A program made the position numbers and the translations under genes. The notes beneath the pieces are model-generated. The model was not told where the DNA came from. It searched no databases and saw only the letters and a list, made by a program, of their open reading frames with translations. Positions 24,007 to 31,480 of a stretch of 64,000 nt of DNA are shown here, piece by piece (position 1 is the stretch's first letter; each line of letters begins with the position of its first letter). This DNA comes from Escherichia phage vB_EcoM_ESCO47: the sequence record OM386662.1; one strand, written 5' to 3'.

Positions 24007-24243
24007 ATGCTAAGTGAAAACCCAATTACAGTACACGAATTTCAGATTAAAGTAAAAGAATTTGCTCAAGCACTCATCAATAAAGTGTCTGAACGTTTCC
24101 AAGATGCAACATTACGAGTTATTCAAGAATCTCCACGTTCTTTTCTCATAATCGTTAATCCTAAAGACGGTGACCAAATTACTAATCTTAAATTAGGCAG
24201 TGATGGTCTTGTTGAAGCAACTCGAGTATATGGAACACTATAA
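24007..24243 (+). CDS. Hypothetical small protein (cd.x region)
   Basis: 78-aa ORF preceded by early promoter 23949..23978 and SD GAGGAAA. Confidence 0.55.
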   Translation: MLSENPITVHEFQIKVKEFAQALINKVSERFQDATLRVIQESPRSFLIIVNPKDGDQITNLKLGSDGLVEATRVYGTL

Positions 24244-24351
24244 TGAGAGCTATCTCATTACTATCGAGAATGGTCATAAATCTGAGCACTACCAACTTAG
24301 CCTGTCTAATCCGGTTAAAGGTATTGTTGTTTATATCTCCTAAGGATTGTT

Positions 24352-25344
24352 ATGTTACCTGTCATCAGAAAACTTATTTCTCCAAAAGAACTGGCTGAGA
24401 TTATTCCTTTGTCGGAAGCTTACGCATCACAAGTGGCTTCTCATCGCGAACAAGTTAATTCGATTATGAACGGTGAAGACCCACGCAAACTTATTGTTGT
24501 AGGTCCTTGTTCAATTCATGACCCTATTGCTGCTGTTGAATACGGCAAACGTCTGGCTGAACTTCAAACTCGTCTTCCTAATGTTCTGTTAGTGATGCGC
24601 GTTTATTTTGAAAAGCCTCGAACTACCGTAGGTTGGAAAGGTCTTGTAAATGATCCATATCTTGACGGAAGTTTTGATATGAACCACGGTCTTATAGTTG
24701 CACGAACATTGTGTCGTAAACTTCTGCGTATGGGACTTCCATTAGCAACTGAAGTATTAGACCCATTCACGATTAAGTATCTTTCTGGTATTTTCTCATG
24801 GGTTGCTATTGGCGCCCGTACGACTGAAAGTCAGACACATCGTGAAATTGCTTCAGGTCTACCGATGTGCGTAGGCTTCAAGAACGCAACCAATGGTTCT
24901 ATTAAAGTAGCTACAGACGCGATGTATAGTGCCGCCCAGCCTCATCGGTATATGGGTATGGACGTCGATGGTACTGTAGGCATTGTTGAAGCTGAAGGTA
25001 ATCAGAATACGCATATCGTATTGCGTGGTGGGACTAACGGTCCGAACTATCATTCTTCTGATATTCAAGAAGCTTCTAACAAAGCAAGTGCGGTAGGTCT
25101 GAATCATTATGTAATGGTTGACTGTAGCCATGCAAACGCTGGTGGGTATTATAGCAATCAAATTGATATTGGTAAAAATTTAGCAGCTAATGATTTGGTC
25201 AAAGGAATTATGATAGAATCATTCCTACATGAAGGAAATCAAAAAATTTCTGATAATATGTCCTATGGCGTTTCCATTACCGATGCGTGCATCAGTTGGG
25301 AACAAACTAAAGAGCTGTTAACTTATATTAATAAGGTTCAATAA
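24352..25344 (+). CDS. 3-deoxy-D-arabino-heptulosonate-7-phosphate (DAHP) synthase, class I (AroF/AroG-like)
   Basis: 330-aa ORF with DAHP synthase signatures LIVVGPCSIHD, MRVYFEKPRTTVGWKGL, IGARTTESQTHRE, CVGFKN, MVDCSHAN, IESFLHEGNQ, YGVSITDACISW; SD AAGGA 5 nt before ATG. Confidence 0.9.
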   Translation: MLPVIRKLISPKELAEIIPLSEAYASQVASHREQVNSIMNGEDPRKLIVVGPCSIHDPIAAVEYGKRLAELQTRLPNVLLVMRVYFEKPRTTVGWKGLVNDPYLDGSFDMNHGLIVARTLCRKLLRMGLPLATEVLDPFTIKYLSGIFSWVAIGARTTESQTHREIASGLPMCVGFKNATNGSIKVATDAMYSAAQPHRYMGMDVDGTVGIVEAEGNQNTHIVLRGGTNGPNYHSSDIQEASNKASAVGLNHYVMVDCSHANAGGYYSNQIDIGKNLAANDLVKGIMIESFLHEGNQKISDNMSYGVSITDACISWEQTKELLTYINKVQ

Positions 25345-25925
25345 TGAAAGCTAGCACATATCTTCAAATTGCTTATTTGATTTCTCAAGAATCAAAATGT
25401 TGTTCATGGAAAGTTGGTGCCGTCATTGAAAAAGATGGACGCATTATCTCTACTGGATATAATGGTTCACCTGCAGGTGGCGTTAACTGTTGCGAACAGG
25501 CATCCGAAAATGGTTGGTTGAAGAATAAACCGAGTCCGGTCATCGTTGCTGGACATAAAGAAGGCACTACGGCATTTGGACGGGCAGATAATTTTGTTTT
25601 GGCTAAAGAACATCGAGCGGCTCATAGTGCATGGTCTGCTAATAATGAAATCCATGCTGAACTGAATGCAATTTTATTTGCAGCTCGTAAAGGTAATTCT
25701 ATTGAAGGTGCTACGTTGTATACGACGCTTTCTCCGTGTCCTGATTGCACTAAAGCTATTACACAGTCGGGTATTAAAAAGGTTGTATACGCAGAATTAT
25801 ATGACAGATCTCCTGAAAATTGGGCAGACATTCTTAAACAAGCTGGTATTGAAGTAATTCAGTACTCTCGTAATAATCTTCGTTCTCTGAATTGGGAACA
25901 AATCCGAAACTTTTGTGGTGAATAA
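25344..25925 (+). CDS. cd: dCMP deaminase
   Basis: 193-aa ORF MKASTYLQIAYLISQESKCCSWKVGAV...HAELNAI...LSPCPDCTKAI (zinc-deaminase motifs); same length as T4 Cd. Confidence 0.9.
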   Translation: MKASTYLQIAYLISQESKCCSWKVGAVIEKDGRIISTGYNGSPAGGVNCCEQASENGWLKNKPSPVIVAGHKEGTTAFGRADNFVLAKEHRAAHSAWSANNEIHAELNAILFAARKGNSIEGATLYTTLSPCPDCTKAITQSGIKKVVYAELYDRSPENWADILKQAGIEVIQYSRNNLRSLNWEQIRNFCGE

Positions 25926-25926
25926 T

Positions 25927-26223
25927 ATGATTTTAACTGAACAAGAAACTACGGTTCTTCGTGAACGTATTAAAACTATTCTGTCTGTAGGCGTTCATTG
26001 TGTTGTATTTGAAAAGGCTAATGGTGATGTTCGTACGATGTTTGCCTCCCGCGATGAACTTGAAGTCAAATATGAAAATAGAAATCCGGCAACAGAAGTT
26101 CGTTCTGAACCTCGTGAATCAGTTCGAGCATTCGATACCAAGTTAGGTCAGTGGCGTTCTTTTCGCCTTGATAAAGTAATTTCGGTTGATGGTACTCCGG
26201 TAGAACGTTTGCTTCTTCTGTAA
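25927..26223 (+). CDS. Hypothetical protein
   Basis: ATG at 25927 just after the cd stop; ~98 aa. Confidence 0.5.
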   Translation: MILTEQETTVLRERIKTILSVGVHCVVFEKANGDVRTMFASRDELEVKYENRNPATEVRSEPRESVRAFDTKLGQWRSFRLDKVISVDGTPVERLLLL

Positions 26224-26250
26224 TTTGCTTTACGTTTAATATGTTATTAT
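26224..26250 (+). promoter_or_regulatory. Middle promoter upstream of gene 31 (MotA box tTGCTTTA plus TATTAT)
   Basis: TGCTT core 26226-26230; 12-nt spacer; -10 26245-26250. Confidence 0.5.
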
Positions 26251-26280
26251 TAATCTATCGTTAAACAAAAAGGAAATAAG

Positions 26281-26613
26281 ATGTCTGAAGTACAACTCCC
26301 AATTCGTGCTGTTGGTGAATATGTTATTCTGGTTTCTGAACCCGCTCAAGCAGGTGATGAAGAAGTTACCGAATCAGGACTTGTGATTGGTAAACGTGTT
26401 CAAGGTGAAGTTCCTGAACTATGTGTAGTTCATTCTGTAGGTCCTGATGTTCCTGAAGGTTTCTGTGAAGTTGGTGATTTGACTCCACTACCAGTTGGAC
26501 AAATTCGAAATGTTCCACATCCATTTGTGGCTTTAGGACTTAAACAACCTAAAGAAATTAAACAGAAATTTGTCACTTGTCATTACAAAGCAATCCCGTG
26601 TCTTTATAAGTGA
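26281..26613 (+). CDS. 31: gp31 co-chaperonin (GroES analogue)
   Basis: 110-aa [37 protein letters not shown]...; matches T4 gp31; middle promoter upstream. Confidence 0.9.
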   Translation: MSEVQLPIRAVGEYVILVSEPAQAGDEEVTESGLVIGKRVQGEVPELCVVHSVGPDVPEGFCEVGDLTPLPVGQIRNVPHPFVALGLKQPKEIKQKFVTCHYKAIPCLYK

Positions 26614-26621
26614 TATAAATA
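26614..26621 (+). promoter_or_regulatory. Late promoter TATAAATA upstream of rIII
   Basis: Exact TATAAATA just after the gene 31 stop. Confidence 0.45.
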
Positions 26622-26739
26622 ATAATATGAATTGAGTTCCAATTCTATGAGGTAGTCTACAACTGAGAGATCTGTCGAAAGAAGATGAAATTCAGAAGAA
26701 CGTGACTACCAAGTTTTAATCTCTAACGAGAATTTTTAA

Positions 26740-26988
26740 ATGATTAAACAATTACAACACGCTCTCGAACTGCAACGCTCTGCATGGAACAACGGTCACG
26801 AAAACTACGGTGCATCAATTGATGTTGAAGCCGAAGCACTGGAAATCCTGCAGTATTTCAAACATCTGAATCCTGTCCAAGCTGATCTTCGTGATGTTCT
26901 GGCTCAGAAAGATGAACTGAAATATGCTAAGCCTCTGGCTTCTGCCGCACGTAAAGCAGTTCGTCATTTTGTTATTACTTTGAAATAA
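26740..26988 (+). CDS. rIII: rIII lysis-inhibition accessory protein
   Basis: 82-aa ORF MIKQLQHALELQRSAWNNGHENYGASIDVEAEALEIL...; matches T4 RIII length and sequence. Confidence 0.85.
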   Translation: MIKQLQHALELQRSAWNNGHENYGASIDVEAEALEILQYFKHLNPVQADLRDVLAQKDELKYAKPLASAARKAVRHFVITLK

Positions 26989-27151
26989 TTGCTATCATGC
27001 GTCAGCAAAAGGTTAGCTGTGTAAGTCATGGTAGGTATGATGACAGGTTTATGGTTATCCTGTCGGTAAATATACAAAACCTATGTTCCCCTCGAGGGCT
27101 TACGCAGGCAATGTCAATAAGTCCTGCATTTTCATTTAAAGAGAATTTATA

Positions 27152-27331
27152 ATGGCAAAACAAGCTAAAGCAAAGAAAGCAGTTGAAAAGAAAGTTGATG
27201 GTACCTCTAAACGCGCTGGATACAAGCGTGGGTCGAACTCTCGTATTAATCAAACCGTTGAGAAGATCATGCGCAGAGCACGTGCAGTTCTTCGAGATGA
27301 TGCTTCTCGTTTTGGAAAGGTTGTTGCATAA
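27152..27331 (+). CDS. Hypothetical small lysine/arginine-rich protein (not in supplied ORF track)
   Basis: 59-codon ORF read directly from sequence: MAKQAKAKKAVEKKVDGTSKRAGYKRGSNSRINQTVEKIMRRARAVLRDDASRFGKVVA; followed 5 nt later by a strong UUCG terminator hairpin. Confidence 0.45.
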   Translation: MAKQAKAKKAVEKKVDGTSKRAGYKRGSNSRINQTVEKIMRRARAVLRDDASRFGKVVA

Positions 27332-27336
27332 TTTTA

Positions 27337-27358
27337 GGGAGACTTCGGTCTCCCTTTT
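27337..27358 (+). terminator. Rho-independent terminator after the small basic ORF
   Basis: Same GGGAGAC-UUCG-GUCUCCC hairpin followed by UUUU. Confidence 0.65.
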
Positions 27359-27395
27359 GTGCGTTTAGGGCAGAAAAAGTTTAAAAAAAAAAGAT

Positions 27396-27424
27396 GTTTA
27401 CTCTCCTGTAGGATGTGTTACTAT
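27396..27424 (+). promoter_or_regulatory. Early promoter (GTTTAC-N17-TACTAT)
   Basis: gtttactctcctgtaggatgtgttactat; preceded by A10 tract. Confidence 0.6.
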
Positions 27425-27465
27425 AGACTTGTACCACCTAATCAATAAAACAACCGGAGAATAAA

Positions 27466-27837
27466 ATGAACACTATCAATTTAAATGCTACAATTAAATG
27501 CCGTGACCATGATGGATATAAATCTCAAGTTGTTAACGAGTTACAGTGGATGGTTCGTTCAGTTCAAGGTGATGTGGTTTATTGTACAACTCCTGATGGC
27601 CCTTCAGACGATTTTTGTTATCATATCGAAATCGAAAACTTTTTCACTGGTGAAATTTACCGTCTGAATTCTACAGTTTATGGCTGTATTCGTTCTAAAA
27701 CTTACGAAGATGAAGAAACTGGTTACTCTGAAGATGTTGTATGGTACGAAAACGCCAGAAATCGCGCAGAGACATTAATCGAGAAGATTAAAGCAAAAGG
27801 TGTTATTGATTCAGCTAAGTGGACAAAAATCAAATAA
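27466..27837 (+). CDS. Hypothetical early protein
   Basis: 123-aa ORF with early promoter 27396..27424 and SD GGAG upstream. Confidence 0.55.
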   Translation: MNTINLNATIKCRDHDGYKSQVVNELQWMVRSVQGDVVYCTTPDGPSDDFCYHIEIENFFTGEIYRLNSTVYGCIRSKTYEDEETGYSEDVVWYENARNRAETLIEKIKAKGVIDSAKWTKIK

Positions 27838-27841
27838 AAAT

Positions 27842-27880
27842 GTTTACTTTGGTACAGGATATGTTATTATATACCTGTAC
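27842..27880 (+). promoter_or_regulatory. Early promoter (GTTTAC-N17-TATTAT) with -10 inside an 8-bp inverted repeat
   Basis: gtttactttggtacaggatatgttattat; GGTACAGG (27851-27858) and CCTGTACC (27873-27880) flank the -10. Confidence 0.6.
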
Positions 27881-27911
27881 CAACAAACAACTTAAACATC
27901 TGGAGAATAAA

Positions 27912-28277
27912 ATGAACTACACCAACTTCGAACGCAAATATGTTTCTAACGGTATCGCTGGTTCTATTGATACGATTTGCTTATGGAAACATAACAATGG
28001 TTCAGTATGTGAAATTGAGCAGTATATGACACCTAATTATGTTTATATGCGATTTGAAAATGGTATCACCCTTTCAATTACAATGGAAGGTTCCAACTTC
28101 AAAATCGCTCTGGATGATGACTTCCGTCAACGTGATTTAGGTACTCATCCTTGTTGGAATGGTGATAATCGTAAGCTTCTGGTTAAAACTTGGATTCGCC
28201 ATATTCTGAGTAATAGAGCTAAACCTGAACATCTTGAAGCAATCTTTGATGTAGTTCTTAACGAATTCGATATTTGA
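27912..28277 (+). CDS. Hypothetical early protein
   Basis: ATG at 27912 after SD GGAG and early promoter 27842..27870; 121 aa; track ORF starts at an upstream non-ATG codon. Confidence 0.55.
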   Translation: MNYTNFERKYVSNGIAGSIDTICLWKHNNGSVCEIEQYMTPNYVYMRFENGITLSITMEGSNFKIALDDDFRQRDLGTHPCWNGDNRKLLVKTWIRHILSNRAKPEHLEAIFDVVLNEFDI

Positions 28278-28318
28278 TCTAACAAACAGGGGCTTCGGCC
28301 CCTATTGAGGAAATTAAA

Positions 28319-28513
28319 ATGAATTTATTTGTATCGCAAACTGTCCGGTTAAAAGGCGATGGAATTCCCGGAATGATTTCTAAAGTGTTACCTGCATTTA
28401 AATTGGGAGATATTCAGATCAAAGAAACCTATGTGGTCTTATGGGTAGACGGTACTGAAGATGTTCGTATGGGTTCTGAATTAGCAGTAATCAAATGTTT
28501 AAAGCGAGGATAA
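28319..28513 (+). CDS. Hypothetical small protein
   Basis: 64-aa ORF with SD GAGGAAA upstream. Confidence 0.45.
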   Translation: MNLFVSQTVRLKGDGIPGMISKVLPAFKLGDIQIKETYVVLWVDGTEDVRMGSELAVIKCLKRG

Positions 28514-28638
28514 TATGATTAAGAAGCTAATCCAAAAATTGCTTGGCACTGAAATAGTTGAAGTTACTTATCGTGTGACTGACGTAAGCCCACGGACCCG
28601 AAATATTGGACCGTACTAAAACAATTGAGAGATTCATT

Positions 28639-29475
28639 ATGAAACCCGTGATTTTAACCGATATTGATGGAGTATGTTTGAGCTGGCAGTCAGGTCTTCC
28701 ATATTTTGCACAAAAATATAATCTGCCTTTAGAACATATCCTTAAAATGATTCAAGACGAAAAGTTTATTGCTCCTGGTAAACTTTTCAATACTGACGAT
28801 AATCTTGGTAAACAATTAATCGAAAAATATAATTGTTCTGATTTTATTCGTTATTTAGCTCCATATACTGACGCTTTGCGTGTAATCAATAAGCTCAAAT
28901 CCGACTACAATTTTGTAGCTGTAACGGCTCTAGGTGATTCAATTGATGCCCGTTTGAATAGACAATTTAATCTAAACGCATTGTTCCCTGGCGCTTTCTC
29001 AGAAGTTATGATGTGCGGTCATGATTCTTCAAAGGAACAATTGTTTAAAAAGGCTAAAGAGAAATATAATATTGTATGTTATGTCGATGATTTGGCTCAC
29101 CACTGTGACCATGCATCAGAAATTCTTAATGTGCCGGTATACTGGTTAGCTCGTGGTGAACGTGATGCAATTCCACGTACTGCACAACGTGTTTATACGT
29201 GGGACGATATTGAGCATCGTTTGGTTCCACCCGAGCATAATTCAGATTCAGATCGTGAAGACCTTTTAAAACGATTGGCGGATTTGCTTAAAGAATCCGG
29301 TGCAACAAGTCCAGGTGCGTGGCCTAATCAAATTGGCGCTCCGTCGAATCCGTATACCTGGCGAACCCCAGGACCAACCGATATGCAGCCTCATTGGCGA
29401 TACACTAATGTAGGCGAACATCCTGTTCCTCCGTATTGGGCAGTTCCACAAGGTTACGGCACAACTAAGGGTTAA
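28639..29475 (+). CDS. HAD-superfamily hydrolase-like protein with Pro/Trp-rich C-terminal tail
   Basis: ATG at 28639; N-terminus MKPVILTDIDGVCLSW carries the HAD motif I (DxDG); C-terminal 55 residues are Pro/Trp/Tyr-rich. Confidence 0.6.
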   Translation: MKPVILTDIDGVCLSWQSGLPYFAQKYNLPLEHILKMIQDEKFIAPGKLFNTDDNLGKQLIEKYNCSDFIRYLAPYTDALRVINKLKSDYNFVAVTALGDSIDARLNRQFNLNALFPGAFSEVMMCGHDSSKEQLFKKAKEKYNIVCYVDDLAHHCDHASEILNVPVYWLARGERDAIPRTAQRVYTWDDIEHRLVPPEHNSDSDREDLLKRLADLLKESGATSPGAWPNQIGAPSNPYTWRTPGPTDMQPHWRYTNVGEHPVPPYWAVPQGYGTTKG

Positions 29476-29477
29476 TT

Positions 29478-29747
29478 ATGTTTGTAGTTCATGATATTAC
29501 AGACGGCAAAAACACAACGCGTGACTACGGTCATGTTAACATGTTCTTTCGAGACTGGCCATTGTTTCGTTCAGTAAAAGACGCAGAAATATTTAAAGAG
29601 TGTGTTGAACAAGGGTTCATCTACATTTCAGAATATTATGTTGAAGGTCTCGGTAAATGGATTACAACTTATCAGAAAACGCTGAAATCGCTTCTAGATG
29701 AAGTGGCTTATAATAGAACCGTAACCAAAATCGAGGACATCAAATGA
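29478..29747 (+). CDS. Hypothetical protein
   Basis: 89-aa ORF; stop overlaps ligase start (ATGA). Confidence 0.5.
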   Translation: MFVVHDITDGKNTTRDYGHVNMFFRDWPLFRSVKDAEIFKECVEQGFIYISEYYVEGLGKWITTYQKTLKSLLDEVAYNRTVTKIEDIK

Positions 29748-31237
29748 TTTTAGATATTTTAAACCAAATAGCCGCGATCGGTTCTACTAAAACAAAACAG
29801 GAAATCATTAAGAAAAATAAGGACAACAAATTACTTGAACGTGTGTATCGTTTAACATATGCACGTGGTATCCAGTATTATATTAAGAAATGGCCAGGAC
29901 CAGGTGAAAGGTCTCAAGCGTATGGTCTTCTTGAATTAGATGACATGTTGGATTTTATTGAGTTCACATTAGCCACTCGTAAACTCACTGGTAATGCTGC
30001 AATTAAAGAGCTCATGGGTTATATCGCTGACGGTAAACCTGATGATGTAGAAGTCCTTCGTCGTGTAATGATGCGCGACCTTGAAGTAGGTGCTTCAGTG
30101 TCTATCGCGAATAAGGTGTGGCCTGGACTTATTCAATTGCAACCACAGATGTTAGCATCGGCATATGATGAGAAATTGATTACTAAAAATATTAAATGGC
30201 CCGCATTTGCCCAATTAAAAGCAGATGGTGCTCGTTGTTTCGCTGAAGTTCGCGATGATGGTGTTCAATTCTTTTCTCGTGCCGGTAACGAATACCATGG
30301 TCTTACTCTATTAGCGGATGAACTGATGGAAATGACTAAAGAAGCTCGTGAAAGACACCCTAATGGGGTTTTAATCGACGGTGAATTAGTTTATCATTCA
30401 TTTGATATTAAAAAGGCTGTGAGCTCAGGAAATGACCTGTCGTTCTTATTTGGTGATAATGAAGAATCCGAAGAAGTACAGGTTGCAGACCGTAGCACTT
30501 CAAATGGTTTAGCAAATAAATCTCTTCAAGGGACTATTTCTCCTAAAGAAGCTGAAGGTATGGTTCTTCAAGCCTGGGACTATGTTCCTTTAGATGAAGT
30601 CTATTCTGATGGCAAAATTAAAGGTCAGAAATACGATGTTCGTTTTGCTGCTCTTGAAAATATGGCTGAAGGCTTTAAGCGAATTGAGCCAATTGAAAAT
30701 CAGTTAGTTCGTAATCTTGATGAAGCTAAAGCGGTTTATAAAAAATATGTTGACCAAGGTCTTGAAGGTATTATCCTTAAAAACCGTGATTCATATTGGG
30801 AAAACAAACGCTCTAAGAACCTAATTAAATTTAAAGAAGTTATTGATATCGCTTTAGAAGTTGTAGGATACTATGAACACTCTAAAGACCCTAACAAATT
30901 AGGTGGCGTCGAACTCGTATCACGTTGTCGTCGTATTACAACCGATTGTGGTTCAGGTTTTAAAGATACAACTCATAAAACAGTTGATGGTGTAAAGGTT
31001 CTTATTCCTTTAGACGAGCGTCATGATTTGGACCGTGAACGATTAATGGCCGAAGCTCGTGAAGGTAAATTAATTGGACGTATCGCTGATTGTGAATGTA
31101 ATGGTTGGGTTCATTCTAAAGGCCGCGAAGGTACTGTAGGTATTTTCCTTCCAATTATTAAAGGGTTCCGTTTTGATAAAACAGAAGCGGATTCGTTTGA
31201 AGACGTATTTGGACCATGGTCCCAGACAGGTTTATAA
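29744..31237 (+). CDS. 30: ATP-dependent DNA ligase
   Basis: 497-aa ORF MILDILNQIAAIGSTKTKQEII...; adenylation motif AQLKADGARCFA (KxDG); matches T4 ligase. Confidence 0.95.
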   Translation: MILDILNQIAAIGSTKTKQEIIKKNKDNKLLERVYRLTYARGIQYYIKKWPGPGERSQAYGLLELDDMLDFIEFTLATRKLTGNAAIKELMGYIADGKPDDVEVLRRVMMRDLEVGASVSIANKVWPGLIQLQPQMLASAYDEKLITKNIKWPAFAQLKADGARCFAEVRDDGVQFFSRAGNEYHGLTLLADELMEMTKEARERHPNGVLIDGELVYHSFDIKKAVSSGNDLSFLFGDNEESEEVQVADRSTSNGLANKSLQGTISPKEAEGMVLQAWDYVPLDEVYSDGKIKGQKYDVRFAALENMAEGFKRIEPIENQLVRNLDEAKAVYKKYVDQGLEGIILKNRDSYWENKRSKNLIKFKEVIDIALEVVGYYEHSKDPNKLGGVELVSRCRRITTDCGSGFKDTTHKTVDGVKVLIPLDERHDLDRERLMAEAREGKLIGRIADCECNGWVHSKGREGTVGIFLPIIKGFRFDKTEADSFEDVFGPWSQTGL

Positions 31238-31425
31238 TGAAAGCTTATTTAGAAACAGTAGTTGTCGCCAATAAAGACGGTAGTGATGTTTCTGCCTCTT
31301 GTTCCCAAATTGTATTAGATTTTCCTAATAACGATTCCTATCATATTTTTATGGACAATTTTGATAAGTACGAAAAAGGCCCTAATTTTGAAGTTTATCG
31401 TACTTTGCTCCCGATTGTGGATTAA
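31237..31425 (+). CDS. Hypothetical small protein
   Basis: ATG at 31237 overlapping ligase stop; 62 aa; followed by UUCG terminator. Confidence 0.45.
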   Translation: MKAYLETVVVANKDGSDVSASCSQIVLDFPNNDSYHIFMDNFDKYEKGPNFEVYRTLLPIVD

Positions 31426-31445
31426 GAGCCTTCGGGCTCTTTTTG
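31425..31445 (+). terminator. Rho-independent terminator between the ligase operon and alt
   Basis: AGAGCC-UUCG-GGCUCU followed by UUUUU. Confidence 0.65.
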
Positions 31446-31480
31446 GCATAAATATAAATTATTACTAAAAGGAAAACACT

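Noticed and set aside
24243-24395. 50-codon ORF overlapping the DAHP synthase start
   Set aside because: Runs out of frame into the well-supported DAHP synthase gene; no SD; more likely part of the 5' leader
26989-27151. tRNA or other structured RNA gene in the rIII downstream spacer
   Set aside because: Inverted repeats are present but no cloverleaf with anticodon arm and T-loop consensus could be built; retained only as a low-confidence observation
27026-27253. 75-aa minus-strand ORF in the rIII downstream spacer
   Set aside because: Overlaps the plus-strand basic micro-ORF and its leader; Cys/Phe-rich random-looking translation; no SD
28515-28619. 34-codon ORF (MIKKLIQKLLGTEIVEV...) between the 28319 ORF and the HAD-like gene
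   Set aside because: Too short to support without conservation evidence, although it has an SD; could be real but cannot be shown from sequence alone
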